Shown here piece after piece: positions 47,283 to 56,525 of a stretch of 64,000 nucleotides of DNA. Made by a program: the position numbers and the translations under genes. Source of the stretch: Pyrinomonadaceae bacterium (lineage in GTDB: Bacteria > Acidobacteriota > Blastocatellia > Pyrinomonadales > Pyrinomonadaceae); assembly GCA_035639235.1 (NCBI GenBank), contig DASQYL010000229.1:7-64006 (forward strand). Direction: 5' to 3'. Positions within the stretch are counted from its first letter, which is position 1, and each line of letters begins with the position of its first letter. Under the pieces are notes generated by a model. That model saw only the letters and a program-made list of their open reading frames with translations. It was not told the origin of the DNA and ran no database searches.

Positions 47283-49229
47283 TCAAGCCGCTGCTGTCTT
47301 TAATTTCTTTGCCGGTTTCTTCTTCGCTGCCTTCTCATCGGGTGGCGGTGTTTCTTCCGTGGTCAGCTTATTAATCAACATCTGCTGTAGAAAACCGACG
47401 ATGTTGCCGACTAACCAGTAAAGCAGCAGACCTGCCGGCGCGCTCCATAAAATGTAGAGCATGAAGAGCGGCATGCCGACCGCCATCATTTTTCTTTGCA
47501 GCGGATCGGCAGAGGGTGCGGGCGTAAGCAATTGCAAAACGATCATCGAGCCTGCGAAAAGAATCGGCAACATACGAAGACCGACGCCGAGAATCGTTAA
47601 CCCAAAGAGAAAAGGCTCTGGTCCCGACAAATCAGGAATCCACAGGAACGAGGCCTGGCGGAAATCGATCGAGATCGTAATCGCTGTGTAGAGCGCAAAC
47701 AGGAATGGCATCTGAATCAGCAGAGGCAAACACCCGCCGAGCGGATTCGCCTCTTTCATCAGCCGCAGTTGCTCCATCTGCAATTCTTTCAAACGCGGAT
47801 CGCTCTGCTTCATTCCCTTCAATTGCTCTTGCAGCTCTTTCATGCGCGGCGCGTACTTCTGCGCCTTCTTCATCTTGCGCGACGACTGCCACTTGAGCGG
47901 GAAGAAGAGCGAATAGATAAAAATCGTGAAGAGAATGATCGCGATGCCGTAGCTGCTGGTCAGGCGTTGCAATTTCGAGATGGACCAGAGAATTGGCACG
48001 GCGAGCGCGCGCCGCATGCTGCCGAGAAAGCCGTAGTTGATGACTTCGCCAAGATCGACTTGTGGGCCGCCGAGCTGCTTCACTTCCTCGCTCGCCGCGG
48101 CCAGCAGCCGGTGATCTTTCGGGCCGACATAGATAAGCGTCTTCGATCCGTCGACCGCTACCGGAACGAATCCGGTGACGAGGTATCGCGGGTCGGGTTT
48201 GCCGTTCGTCTTGTGTTCGTAAGGAACGGTGCGGTATTCGAGACCGCTCATGGGACGCGCTGCGACCGCAACCATGCCGAAATACGTATCGTCGACTCCG
48301 GCCCACTGAACTGGACCATCGACTGCATCGCGATCGGCCGGTTTCATCGTCGGAGCTTTCGCACCCACCCATTCGAATATCGAACTGAAAAATCCGTTGT
48401 TGCGTCGATCGGCATGAATTTGCAGTGCGTTAAAACGATTGACGGCGCCGTTCGCCTGCGCGATGCCTTCCGGCGCGTACAGATAAAAGCTGTAATGGTC
48501 GATAGTCTGATCGCCGATGTTTGGACCGATAACAATTTTCGCGTCGGGTACGGCTTGATTGTTCCGCGTGAGCTTCAGTTCGAGCTGCGTCATGTATCGA
48601 TCGGCAAAGAATGTCAGGCGCTTCGTAGCGTCGAGACCGGTCGCGTCGTCATGAATCACGAAATCTATCTGCTTCGATCCAGTGGGCACATTGATCGTCT
48701 CGTCGCCGGCTTCCGCATTTGGCCCGAAGGTTCGGTAGTTTCGATTTGCGAGCGTCGCATCGACTGCCGCGTCTCCGGTTGTCACTTGAAACGGCCGCGC
48801 GAATTGATCCGGCTGCACGCCTTCCGGCAACGTCGGTATTAACTCCAGCGGCTGCGGATTGGTTTTCGTCGACGAAGCCCCGTAAATGTCGCGACCTGTG
48901 TCGCGATTTTTCTTGATGATCCAACTCGTCGCGACTGCTCCGTGCGTGTCGAAGGTCGCCGTGTAAAGCGGCGTCACGATCGTTAACTTCCGCTGCGGCA
49001 TCGCGTCCGGGGACGATTCCGCTACCGGCGATTGCGCGGGCGCAGGCGTCGCCGTGGTTTGAACTTGGGCAGTTGATGATGCGGAAGGTGAAGCGGATTG
49101 TTGGACGTTTGCGTTCGTGTTGGCATTTGCATTCTGCGGCGGCTTAGGTGGGGGGAAGAGATAATTCCAGATAATGAGGATGGCCGCCGAAGCGACCAAC
49201 GCGAGGATGAATCGTTGCTGATTTTTCAT
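47283..49229 (-). CDS. yidC: membrane protein insertase YidC
   Basis: Long periplasmic domain and the conserved C-terminal core (GIAIILFTIFIYSLFFPL, NPLGGCLPLLIQMPFLFALY). The extended start at 49265 would read through a dispersed repeat. Confidence 0.93.
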   Translation of the reverse strand: MKNQQRFILALVASAAILIIWNYLFPPPKPPQNANANTNANVQQSASPSASSTAQVQTTATPAPAQSPVAESSPDAMPQRKLTIVTPLYTATFDTHGAVATSWIIKKNRDTGRDIYGASSTKTNPQPLELIPTLPEGVQPDQFARPFQVTTGDAAVDATLANRNYRTFGPNAEAGDETINVPTGSKQIDFVIHDDATGLDATKRLTFFADRYMTQLELKLTRNNQAVPDAKIVIGPNIGDQTIDHYSFYLYAPEGIAQANGAVNRFNALQIHADRRNNGFFSSIFEWVGAKAPTMKPADRDAVDGPVQWAGVDDTYFGMVAVAARPMSGLEYRTVPYEHKTNGKPDPRYLVTGFVPVAVDGSKTLIYVGPKDHRLLAAASEEVKQLGGPQVDLGEVINYGFLGSMRRALAVPILWSISKLQRLTSSYGIAIILFTIFIYSLFFPLKWQSSRKMKKAQKYAPRMKELQEQLKGMKQSDPRLKELQMEQLRLMKEANPLGGCLPLLIQMPFLFALYTAITISIDFRQASFLWIPDLSGPEPFLFGLTILGVGLRMLPILFAGSMIVLQLLTPAPSADPLQRKMMAVGMPLFMLYILWSAPAGLLLYWLVGNIVGFLQQMLINKLTTEETPPPDEKAAKKKPAKKLKTAAA

Positions 49230-49266
49230 TTTGGAGTGCGCCGGCTTGACAGCGCTTTCGCTCATG

Positions 49267-49359
49267 CCCTCTCCCTTTGGGAGAGGGTTGGGTGAGGGCT
49301 TGTTCGCCGCAAGCTACGCTCCCTCATCCCCTGGCCCCTTCTCCCAGCGGGAGAAGGGG
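49267..49359. repeat. composite hairpin repeat (gggtgagg family), copy 2
   Basis: Hairpin ccctctccc-tttg-ggagaggg, then gggtgaggg..ccctcatccc, then hairpin ccccttctccc-agc-gggagaagggg. It lies in the yidD-yidC spacer. Confidence 0.75.
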
Positions 49360-49361
49360 AA

Positions 49362-49571
49362 TCACTTCACCGGATCGTAACCGCCGGCGCAAAACGGTTG
49401 ACATCGCAGCAAGCGCCAAATTGCCATGCCAGTGCCGCGCAACGCTCCATGCTTCTCGATCGCTTCACGCGCATATTCGGAGCAAGTCGGAACAAAGCGG
49501 CAAGACGGCGGCAACCACGGCGAGATTACTGCTTTATAAAACTTCAAAAGCGAAACTAAAATCGTTCGCAT
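49362..49571 (-). CDS. yidD: membrane protein insertion efficiency factor YidD
   Basis: [31 protein letters not shown]...GGYDPV. Confidence 0.9.
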   Translation of the reverse strand: MRTILVSLLKFYKAVISPWLPPSCRFVPTCSEYAREAIEKHGALRGTGMAIWRLLRCQPFCAGGYDPVK

Positions 49572-49580
49572 TGGCGTCGC

Positions 49581-49657
49581 GGGGCAGTAGCCCAAGCGTC
49601 AGCGCGGCCGTCGCTCTTTCGTAATTGCGCCCTCCCTCACGGTCGGGCTACTGCCCC
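49581..49657. repeat. 13-bp perfect inverted repeat ggggcagtagccc / gggctactgcccc straddling the rnpA stop
   Basis: Arms at 49581..49593 and 49645..49657. The right arm and adjacent gcgccctccctcacggtc lie inside the rnpA 3' coding region. Confidence 0.85.
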
Positions 49658-50048
49658 GATCTCCTTCGCGCTCGTCTTGCGCGACCTGCTCGACAATTCT
49701 ACGAAACTCTTTAAAGCGAAGTTCTTCGTTTGAATTCAGCAGAGATCGCTTCGCATTGATCACCCAATCGTACTGTTGCCGCAATTCAGTCAATTCTTCG
49801 CCGCTGCGGCGGAACACTTCGCGTAACAAACGCCGCGCCCGATTTCGATCGACGGATTTGCCGACCGCTTTTGTCGTTGCCGTCAATCCCAGACGGTGAA
49901 ACCCCAATTCATTCCTGCGTAAAAAAGCGGCCATCAAGCGGCCGTCATAACGTTGCCCTTCGGCGTAAACTTTTTGGAATTCGGCGCGCGCGCTGAGGCG
50001 GCATCGCTTTGGCAACGCCTCGGTTCGTTTCGCTGGCGTCGCAGTCAA
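49599..50048 (-). CDS. rnpA: ribonuclease P protein component
   Basis: Position between rpmH and yidD. RLSARAEFQKVY...FHRLGLTATTKAVGKSVDRNRARRLLRE. The C-terminal ~25 aa are encoded by the repeat. Confidence 0.88.
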   Translation of the reverse strand: MTATPAKRTEALPKRCRLSARAEFQKVYAEGQRYDGRLMAAFLRRNELGFHRLGLTATTKAVGKSVDRNRARRLLREVFRRSGEELTELRQQYDWVINAKRSLLNSNEELRFKEFRRIVEQVAQDEREGDRGSSPTVREGAITKERRPR

Positions 50049-50064
50049 TCCTCAAATACTCCGA

Positions 50065-50211
50065 TTAATAGTGCGACGGGGTCAGACGCTTGCGGCCCTT
50101 GGCGCGGCGCCGTTTCAGCACCAAGCGGCCGTTCTTGGTCGCCATGCGGGCGCGGAAGCCGTGCGTCTTCGCGCGGCGACGATTGTTCGGTTGGAAGGTT
50201 CGCTTCGGCAT
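50065..50211 (-). CDS. rpmH: 50S ribosomal protein L34
   Basis: Translates to [48 protein letters not shown]. Too short for the ORF track. Confidence 0.95.
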   Translation of the reverse strand: MPKRTFQPNNRRRAKTHGFRARMATKNGRLVLKRRRAKGRKRLTPSHY

Positions 50212-50244
50212 TGTCAACTATTCTCCACTTCAACGAAAACACCT

Positions 50245-50273
50245 AGCCTAACGGCGCGCGAAAGTGATGTCAA
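50245..50273 (-). promoter_or_regulatory. candidate sigma70-type promoter of rpmH operon
   Basis: On the minus strand: TTGACA (50268..50273), 17-nt spacer, TAGGCT (50245..50250). GGAG RBS sits 11 nt before the ATG. Confidence 0.35.
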
Positions 50274-50445
50274 GGCACGCCCGAACCATGCTTGACGCTG
50301 TGCAAAATCGCATGTTAGCCTTCAAGGCTTTCTTAAAGGATACGAGTTGGGTCACTGATAACTGAAGTCCCCGTCGGTCTTCGAGTGAGACGACCAGTTC
50401 GGACCAGAGGATCGCGATCCGAACTAAACCCCAGCGCAACAATCT

Positions 50446-50922
50446 ATGCCTTTGATACTCGGCTTTGCCGGAGACTCAATTCAACTTGTGCCCGACGGCA
50501 CGTTGGTGCTGCACGTCATCATCATTCTCGTCATGGTATATGTGCTGAATGCGACGCTTTATAAACCCATTAACAACATTCTCGCGTCACGCGAAAAGCG
50601 CACCCGCGGCCGGCTGACTGAAGCGCAGGAAATCATCCAGAACGTCACGGCCAAGGCTAACGAATACGAACAGTCTTTGCGGCAAGCCCGCGCTGAAGCT
50701 TACGCCTTCACTGAAGCGCAGCGAAATGAAGCCATGAAGGATCGGGAAGCGCGATTGAACGAGATGCGAGGCCAATTGGCCGAAGTCTTGGCGCAGGAAA
50801 AGAAAACGATCGAAGCGCAATCGGCCGCGGCGCGGGCGACACTGGAGAGCGACGCGCGCCGTATCGCCAGTGAAATTGGTGCTCGCGTTCTTAAACGTCC
50901 GATCAGCGAATCTCTCAACTGA
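50446..50922 (+). CDS. atpF2: F0F1 ATP synthase subunit b' (second b-type stator subunit)
   Basis: Single N-terminal TM helix, then a long charged helix (REKRTRGRLTEAQ...). It immediately precedes a second b-type gene. Confidence 0.8.
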   Translation: MPLILGFAGDSIQLVPDGTLVLHVIIILVMVYVLNATLYKPINNILASREKRTRGRLTEAQEIIQNVTAKANEYEQSLRQARAEAYAFTEAQRNEAMKDREARLNEMRGQLAEVLAQEKKTIEAQSAAARATLESDARRIASEIGARVLKRPISESLN

Positions 50923-50926
50923 CCAT

Positions 50927-51457
50927 ATGTTTGCGCTCTTCCTAATTTTCGCGTCCGAGTCGCCGAAATGGTGGGACTATCCCGGCTTCGAGTTATGGAA
51001 ATTTTTCAATCTCGCGCTGTTCGTCGGGCTGATGGTTTACGTGCTGAAGCGCGCCAACCTGGGCCAGGCATTTCGTACGCGCGGCGAGACGATCAAAGCC
51101 GAACTCGAAAAGGCGCGGAACGAACGGGACGCCGCGCTCGCGAAATTGAAAGAAGTGGAAGAGCGTCTGGCCGGCTTGAACGATCAAATTTCTACCATCA
51201 AACAAAAATCAAAGACTGAGACGGAGCAAGAGCGCGAGCGAATCGCGCAATCGACGCAGGAAGAGATTTCCAAGTTGTCGGCCCAGGCGCAACGCGAGAT
51301 CGAAAACGCCGCCAAGGCCGCCAAAAGCGAGTTGCGAAGATTCGCGGCGGAGCAAAGCGTGCGCCTGGCTGAAGATCTGATCAGCCGCGATATTCGGCCC
51401 GAAGACGACGCCAAGTTGATGAGCGAGAATATCCAGCAAATGGGGGCGGCGCGATGA
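50927..51457 (+). CDS. atpF: F0F1 ATP synthase subunit b
   Basis: TM helix (LALFVGLMVYVL) followed by an extended Glu/Lys/Ala-rich helix. Start taken at ATG 50927, after the stop of the preceding gene. Confidence 0.85.
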   Translation: MFALFLIFASESPKWWDYPGFELWKFFNLALFVGLMVYVLKRANLGQAFRTRGETIKAELEKARNERDAALAKLKEVEERLAGLNDQISTIKQKSKTETEQERERIAQSTQEEISKLSAQAQREIENAAKAAKSELRRFAAEQSVRLAEDLISRDIRPEDDAKLMSENIQQMGAAR

Positions 51458-52020
51458 GCGTGCAAACCGTCGCACGTCGTTACGCTTCAGCGCTCGCCGA
51501 CGTGATTCTGGAACGCCGCGAAGCGCGCGAAGTGCAGCAGGAGTTGGCGGCGTGGGAAGAGATGATGCGATCAAATCCGAACCTGCGCGAGGTGTTTGCC
51601 AACCCCACGATCGCGCTCGACAAAAAGCGCAAAGTTCTGAACCGCGTAATTGAATTGAGCAGGCCCCGCGCGACTACGGTAAATTTTCTGAAAGTGCTCG
51701 TGCAAAACCAACGCCTGACAGAATTGACCGAGATCAATCAGAAACTGGTCCAACTGCTGGACGAACGCGCCGGTTTGGTTGCGGCCACGGTCACGACAGC
51801 ACGGCCGATTCCGAAAGAGGTGCACGATCGTCTGAGCAGCACGCTGACGTCGTTGACCGGGAAGAAGGTGCGCATCGATTTTGTCACCGATCCGAACTTG
51901 ATCGGCGGCGTGGTGACGCGCATCGGCTCAACTGTCTATGACGGCTCAGTGCGAAATCAGTTGGAGCAATTGAAACATAGAATGGCGGAAGGTGGTACTG
52001 GTGTGAAGTTTGAATTGTGA
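51454..52020 (+). CDS. atpH: F0F1 ATP synthase subunit delta (OSCP)
   Basis: VARRYASALADV ... DPNLIGGVVTRIGSTVYDGSVRNQL. Confidence 0.9.
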   Translation: MSVQTVARRYASALADVILERREAREVQQELAAWEEMMRSNPNLREVFANPTIALDKKRKVLNRVIELSRPRATTVNFLKVLVQNQRLTELTEINQKLVQLLDERAGLVAATVTTARPIPKEVHDRLSSTLTSLTGKKVRIDFVTDPNLIGGVVTRIGSTVYDGSVRNQLEQLKHRMAEGGTGVKFEL

Positions 52021-52104
52021 TCTTGGCACTTTGTACTTTGATGTGATTCGAGTTACTCGCTTTCACACAACAAAGCACAAAGTACTAAGCACAAAGAATT
52101 AACC

Positions 52105-53637
52105 ATGGAACCAATCAAAGCAAACGAAATAAATGAAATCATTCGCCAGCAGATCGAGAACTTCGAAGCCGGCGTGACCGTTGCCGAAGTCGGCTCGGTC
52201 ATCAAAGTCGGCGACGGCATCGCCGAAGTGCATGGCCTCGAGAAAGTTATGGCCGGCGAGTTGCTCGACTTTCCGCATGAGGTGCGCGGACTCGCCCTGA
52301 ATCTCGAAGAGGACAAAGTCGGCGTCGTGCTGTTCGGCGATTTTCAGAAGATCAAAGAAGGCGATACCGTCAAGCGCACCGGACGCGTCATGCAGGTTCC
52401 GGTCGGACAGGCATTGGTCGGCCGCGTCGTCGATGCGCTGGGAAACCCGGTCGACGAGCGCGGGCCAATCATCACCGAAGAATACAACGCGGTCGAGCGC
52501 ATCGCTCCCGGCGTCGTCGATCGCCAACCTGTGCGCGAAGCTTTGCAGACTGGCTTGAAAGCGATCGATTCGATGGTGCCGATTGGCCGCGGGCAGCGCG
52601 AATTGATCATCGGCGATCGTCAAACCGGCAAGACCGCGATCGCGGTCGACACGATCATCAATCAGCGCGGCAAAGACGTGATTTGTATTTACGTCGCGAT
52701 CGGCCAGAAGGCTTCGACCGTCGCGCAGGTGGTAAAGACGCTCCAGGATTACGGCGCGATGGATTACACGATCGTCGTCAAAGCGACCGCGTCCGATCCC
52801 GCGGCGATGCAGTATCTCGCGCCGTACGCGGGCGCGGCGATTGGCGAGTACTTCCGCGACCGCGGCCAGCACGCGCTGACGATTTACGACGATCTTTCGA
52901 AGCAGGCTGCGGCGTATCGTGAAATTTCTCTGCTGCTGCGACGCCCGCCGGGCCGCGAAGCATTCCCCGGTGACGTTTTCTACCTGCACTCGCGTCTGCT
53001 CGAGCGCGCGGCGAAACTTTCCGACGCCAAGGGCGGCGGTTCGCTGACCAGCCTACCAGTAATCGAAACGCAAGCGGGTGACATCTCGGCTTACATTCCG
53101 ACGAACGTAATTTCCATTACAGACGGCCAGATATTTTTGGAGTCCGATTTATTCAATGCCGGCATCCGTCCGGCGATCGACGTCGGCAACTCAGTCTCGC
53201 GCGTCGGCGGTTCGGCCCAGATCAAAGCGATGAAGCAGGTCGCCGGTGGCTTGCGTCTGTCGCTGGCCCAGTATCGCGCGCTGGCCGCGTTCGCGCAGTT
53301 CGGATCGGATCTGGATAAAGCGACGCAGGCACAGCTCGCCCTGGGAGAACGTCTCACTGAAATTCTGAAGCAGCCGCAGTATCAGCCGATGGACGTCGAG
53401 AAGCAGGTGGTGAATATTTGGGCGGCAAACAATGGTTACACCGATGACGTACCGGTCGCCGAGGTGCGAAATTTCGAAGCCGAGCTGCTGCGTTTCATCG
53501 AGAACTCGCATCCGGCAGTGTTGCATGCGCTGCGAGACAAGAAAGCCGTTACCGATGAAATCGAAAAGGATTTGCATCAGTCATTGAAGGATTTCAAGGA
53601 AGTGTGGGCGGATAAGGCGAAAGCCGCCGCCGCATAA
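52105..53637 (+). CDS. atpA: F0F1 ATP synthase subunit alpha
   Basis: GDRQTGKTA (P-loop), [21 protein letters not shown], 510 aa. Confidence 0.97.
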   Translation: MEPIKANEINEIIRQQIENFEAGVTVAEVGSVIKVGDGIAEVHGLEKVMAGELLDFPHEVRGLALNLEEDKVGVVLFGDFQKIKEGDTVKRTGRVMQVPVGQALVGRVVDALGNPVDERGPIITEEYNAVERIAPGVVDRQPVREALQTGLKAIDSMVPIGRGQRELIIGDRQTGKTAIAVDTIINQRGKDVICIYVAIGQKASTVAQVVKTLQDYGAMDYTIVVKATASDPAAMQYLAPYAGAAIGEYFRDRGQHALTIYDDLSKQAAAYREISLLLRRPPGREAFPGDVFYLHSRLLERAAKLSDAKGGGSLTSLPVIETQAGDISAYIPTNVISITDGQIFLESDLFNAGIRPAIDVGNSVSRVGGSAQIKAMKQVAGGLRLSLAQYRALAAFAQFGSDLDKATQAQLALGERLTEILKQPQYQPMDVEKQVVNIWAANNGYTDDVPVAEVRNFEAELLRFIENSHPAVLHALRDKKAVTDEIEKDLHQSLKDFKEVWADKAKAAAA

Positions 53638-53666
53638 GTTACTTAATCCGATAAGGAGACAAAGCG

Positions 53667-53837
53667 ATGAAGACCATCACTTGCAGCGATGTTGGACCAG
53701 ACTGCGCGTTCACTGCCAGCGCGGAAACCGAAGAAGAGTTGATGCAGAAAGTTGCAGCGCATGCATCGGAACACGGAATCACGGAAGTGACACCGGAGTT
53801 GATGGAAAAAGTGAAGTCAGCAATTAAGGACGAATAG
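53667..53837 (+). CDS. DUF1059 family small protein
   Basis: MKTITCSDVGPDCAFTASAETEEELMQKVAAHASEHGI matches the DUF1059 pattern (C.D.G.DC.F...). AAGGAG RBS. Confidence 0.7.
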   Translation: MKTITCSDVGPDCAFTASAETEEELMQKVAAHASEHGITEVTPELMEKVKSAIKDE

Positions 53838-53910
53838 CGAGTGATACGTAAATGTTGATGGGTGGTTGCAAACAGCCCATTACTTATCGCCTGTCACGCA
53901 TCACCGTTCA

Positions 53911-54786
53911 ATGGCCAATCTTCTAGACATTCGCCGGCGCATCAAGTCGGTCAAGAACACACAGCAGATCACCAAGGCGATGAAGATGGTGTCTGCTTCG
54001 AAGCTGCGGCGCGCGCAGGAACGCGTGGTCAATGCACGTCCGTTCGCGAACAAGATGGCGGAGGTGCTCGCCGATCTCGCTTCACAGACGACGGAAGATT
54101 TTCATCACCCGTTGTTGGACCACCGCGGCGATGAACGTTATCTGGTGGTTTTGGTCACTGCCGACAAAGGATTGTGCGGCGCCTTCAATGCGAACCTGAT
54201 CAAGGCCGCGCAGGTGTTCATCAAAGAAAATACGGACAAGCAGATTGAATTCCTTACCGTCGGGCGCAAAGGCCGCGACTTCTTGCGACGCCGAGCGAAT
54301 GTCGTGGGCGAGTATATCGGTCTCACCGGCAAAGGGCGCGTCGAATTTTCGGAAGCGGTCGAAGTCGCACAGGACATCATCAAACGATTCACCGAAGACG
54401 AGACGCTGGACAAGGTATTTCTCATCTTCGCCGAGTTCAAAACTGTGCTGACCCAGCGGATCGTCGTCGATCAACTGCTGCCGATCTCACAAACGAAAAC
54501 TGATGACGCTGGTGCGGCGAAGGCTGAAGCAATCGATTACATCTATGAACAGCCGCCGGCCGAAGTCTTCACGCGTTTGTTGCCGCGCCTGGTGGTAACG
54601 CAAATCTTCCGAGCTTTGTTGGAATCGATTGCTTCAGAACAAGGCGCGCGTATGACCGCGATGGACGCCGCGTCAAAGAACGCCGGCGAACTGATCTCCA
54701 CGCTCACGCTCAACCTGAACCGCGCGCGTCAGGCAGCCATCACCCGCGAAATAATCGAAATCGTTTCCGGCGCCGCGGCGTTGTAG
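53911..54786 (+). CDS. atpG: F0F1 ATP synthase subunit gamma
   Basis: MANLLDIRRRIKSVKNTQQITKAMKMVSASKLRRAQ ... ITREIIEIVSGAAAL. Confidence 0.95.
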   Translation: MANLLDIRRRIKSVKNTQQITKAMKMVSASKLRRAQERVVNARPFANKMAEVLADLASQTTEDFHHPLLDHRGDERYLVVLVTADKGLCGAFNANLIKAAQVFIKENTDKQIEFLTVGRKGRDFLRRRANVVGEYIGLTGKGRVEFSEAVEVAQDIIKRFTEDETLDKVFLIFAEFKTVLTQRIVVDQLLPISQTKTDDAGAAKAEAIDYIYEQPPAEVFTRLLPRLVVTQIFRALLESIASEQGARMTAMDAASKNAGELISTLTLNLNRARQAAITREIIEIVSGAAAL

Positions 54787-54788
54787 TT

Positions 54789-54936
54789 TCGCTCCGTTAG
54801 GAGCGAGATGTTTATAGCCGGCCCGCACCAACAAACAAATGTGCGAGAGGCGAATCTGAAATTTCGATTTCACATTCGCCTCTCGCAGTCTCTAATAATC
54901 TATTACTTCTATAAACATTTCGGCCCGACGGGCCGA
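54789..54936. repeat. MITE-like element, family copy 3
   Basis: Hairpin tcgctcc-gtta-ggagcga followed by gatgtttatagcc. Internal 14-bp hairpin tgcgagaggcgaat/attcgcctctcgca. Right end cttctataaacattt followed by hairpin tcggccc-gac-gggccga. Confidence 0.7.
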
Positions 54937-54944
54937 ACCCTCCC

Positions 54945-55325
54945 TTATCCGTTCGGCGCGCCGCTGCTACGTCGCGTTCGCATGTCGTCTCTCATCTGCT
55001 GAAACTGTTTCCATTGATCGGGAGTCAGCACGTCCTTTAGTTTCTGATCGGTTTGCTGCCGAATATCGTTCACGCGCGGTTCTGATTCCTTGCGCAGGCT
55101 CTGCAACTGCTGGCGCGTATCGCCAAAAATCGCCTGCACCTTCGTCTTCTGATCGGCGTTCAATTGCAACCGCGTCGCCAATTGATTAAATCGATCCGGT
55201 GGCGCAGCGTGGCGGGCCCACGCGCGATAAGCCCCCAGCGCCAACATTCCCGCGGCAAAACCCAAAACGAAAATTAGCACCGCGACGCCGCGAACCTGCC
55301 ATTTATTTCGTGATGCAGTGTCCAT
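54945..55325 (-). CDS. membrane-anchored Spy/CpxP-like (LTxxQ) periplasmic protein
   Basis: TM anchor, then LQLNADQKTKVQAIF and LTPDQWKQFQQM repeats. ATG lies 1 nt after the anti-sigma stop. Confidence 0.7.
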   Translation of the reverse strand: MDTASRNKWQVRGVAVLIFVLGFAAGMLALGAYRAWARHAAPPDRFNQLATRLQLNADQKTKVQAIFGDTRQQLQSLRKESEPRVNDIRQQTDQKLKDVLTPDQWKQFQQMRDDMRTRRSSGAPNG

Positions 55326-55326
55326 C

Positions 55327-55821
55327 TCATTTGCCCTCGTCATCGTTGTCGTAGATCGCGCTGATGACTTGATCATTCGTCAATTGATTGTTGTCGTTCT
55401 GTTCGAGCACGACGGTTTCCGCCGAATAGGGCACGAGCACCGCGGTTTGTTGATCCGTGGAATTCGTGGCCGGCGCCGCGAACATCAAGACGGCGAGCGC
55501 CGCTGTGGTTGCGGCCATAGACGCGACGATCGCGCCAGTCGCATTCCAAAGACGTCGCAAATTCGACGAGCCCACGGACGATTGCTGCTCACGCCACGCG
55601 GCCAGCACGCGTGTCTGGAAAAATGGATTGGCGCTGACGGTTTGCTCCGCGGCTTCGGCGGTGCGCTCGTGCAGCAGCAACGAAGCAAGCTGCGCAGCTT
55701 CAAAGGCGTCGGCACACTCGCGGCAACTCGCCGCGTGTGCGCGAATCGTGTTCAATTCCGTTCCCGTTAAGTTCGCGAACGGCGTGTTGTCAAGAATGTT
55801 CGTAATGTGATTTTGGTTCAT
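55327..55821 (-). CDS. anti-sigma factor (zf-HC2 type) with one TM segment
   Basis: H..C.ECADAFEAA motif near the N-terminus. Central TM helix. Located downstream of the ECF sigma gene. Confidence 0.7.
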   Translation of the reverse strand: MNQNHITNILDNTPFANLTGTELNTIRAHAASCRECADAFEAAQLASLLLHERTAEAAEQTVSANPFFQTRVLAAWREQQSSVGSSNLRRLWNATGAIVASMAATTAALAVLMFAAPATNSTDQQTAVLVPYSAETVVLEQNDNNQLTNDQVISAIYDNDDEGK

Positions 55822-55842
55822 GGTCTCGTCTCCTCAACCATC

Positions 55843-55873
55843 GCGCCCTCCCTAACGGTCGGGTTACTGCCCC
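55843..55873. repeat. copy of the gcgccctccct.acggtcggg.tactgcccc repeat
   Basis: Near-identical to 49627..49657. It overlaps the last codons and stop of the sigma factor gene. Confidence 0.8.
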
Positions 55874-56469
55874 GTTTTCCCGAGTAGCTTCTCCAGAGCT
55901 TCTCGCGCTTTTTTACGCGCCCGAAACGCGCGAACTTTAACTTTCGATTCCGACCAGCCGGTCACTTGGGCGACCTCATTCACCGAAGCTCCTTCCCCAT
56001 CGATCATCGTCAGCGCCAAACGATCTTCCGGCGACAAAGTCTCTAACAACCGTTCCGCAAGATCAGCCGCAATCACTTTCTGTTCAGCGTCGAGCGCGTG
56101 ACCACCTGATCGGCTAGACACCTGTTCGAGAAATTCCGTTTCATCGTCGCCTAAATCCGAAGTCAGAAGTTCCGGCCGCCGTTTCGCGCTGCGCAACATA
56201 TTCAAGCAGGTATTGGTCGCGATGCGCGTCAACCACCCTTCCATCGAGCCGCGGCCTTCGAAGCTTTTCAATTGCGCGAAGGCTTTCAAAAAACTTTCCT
56301 GCGCGGCTTCTTCGGCGTGGCCGCGATCGCGAAAAAAGCGATGGGCCACATGGAAAACTCTGGGGCTGAACCGTCGAAGAATTTCAGCGAACGCAGCTTC
56401 ATCGTCCGCGCGGGCTTTGCGCGCCAGTTCGAGTTCGGAGGCTTGTTCGTAACCGTTCGACAGAAGCAA
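55864..56469 (-). CDS. ECF-type RNA polymerase sigma-70 family factor
   Basis: Region 2 (FAEILRRFSPRVFHVAHRFF...AEEAAQESFLKAF) and region 4 (EVAQVTGWSESKVKVRAFRARKK). Confidence 0.9.
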   Translation of the reverse strand: MLLSNGYEQASELELARKARADDEAAFAEILRRFSPRVFHVAHRFFRDRGHAEEAAQESFLKAFAQLKSFEGRGSMEGWLTRIATNTCLNMLRSAKRRPELLTSDLGDDETEFLEQVSSRSGGHALDAEQKVIAADLAERLLETLSPEDRLALTMIDGEGASVNEVAQVTGWSESKVKVRAFRARKKAREALEKLLGKTGQ

Positions 56470-56525
56470 ACCTCAAACGCAGTAGCGGATCGCTGGGGAA
56501 CCGGTCCGCCACTTCGGTTGGGGGA

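Noticed and set aside
47769-48842. A 357-aa ORF antisense to yidC.
   Set aside because: It has a shadow-ORF composition (Arg/Leu-rich, no motifs). The yidC frame carries the conserved insertase core.
50212-50445. Possible oriC next to rpmH, since the rpmH-rnpA-yidC neighbourhood often adjoins dnaA/oriC.
   Set aside because: There is no dnaA gene and no cluster of TTATCCACA-like boxes or AT-rich unwinding element in the spacer. Only one weak near-match (ttctccact) was seen.
52099-52989. A 296-aa ORF antisense to atpA.
   Set aside because: It is an antisense shadow ORF in a GC-rich gene. The atpA frame is unambiguous (P-loop, full-length homology).
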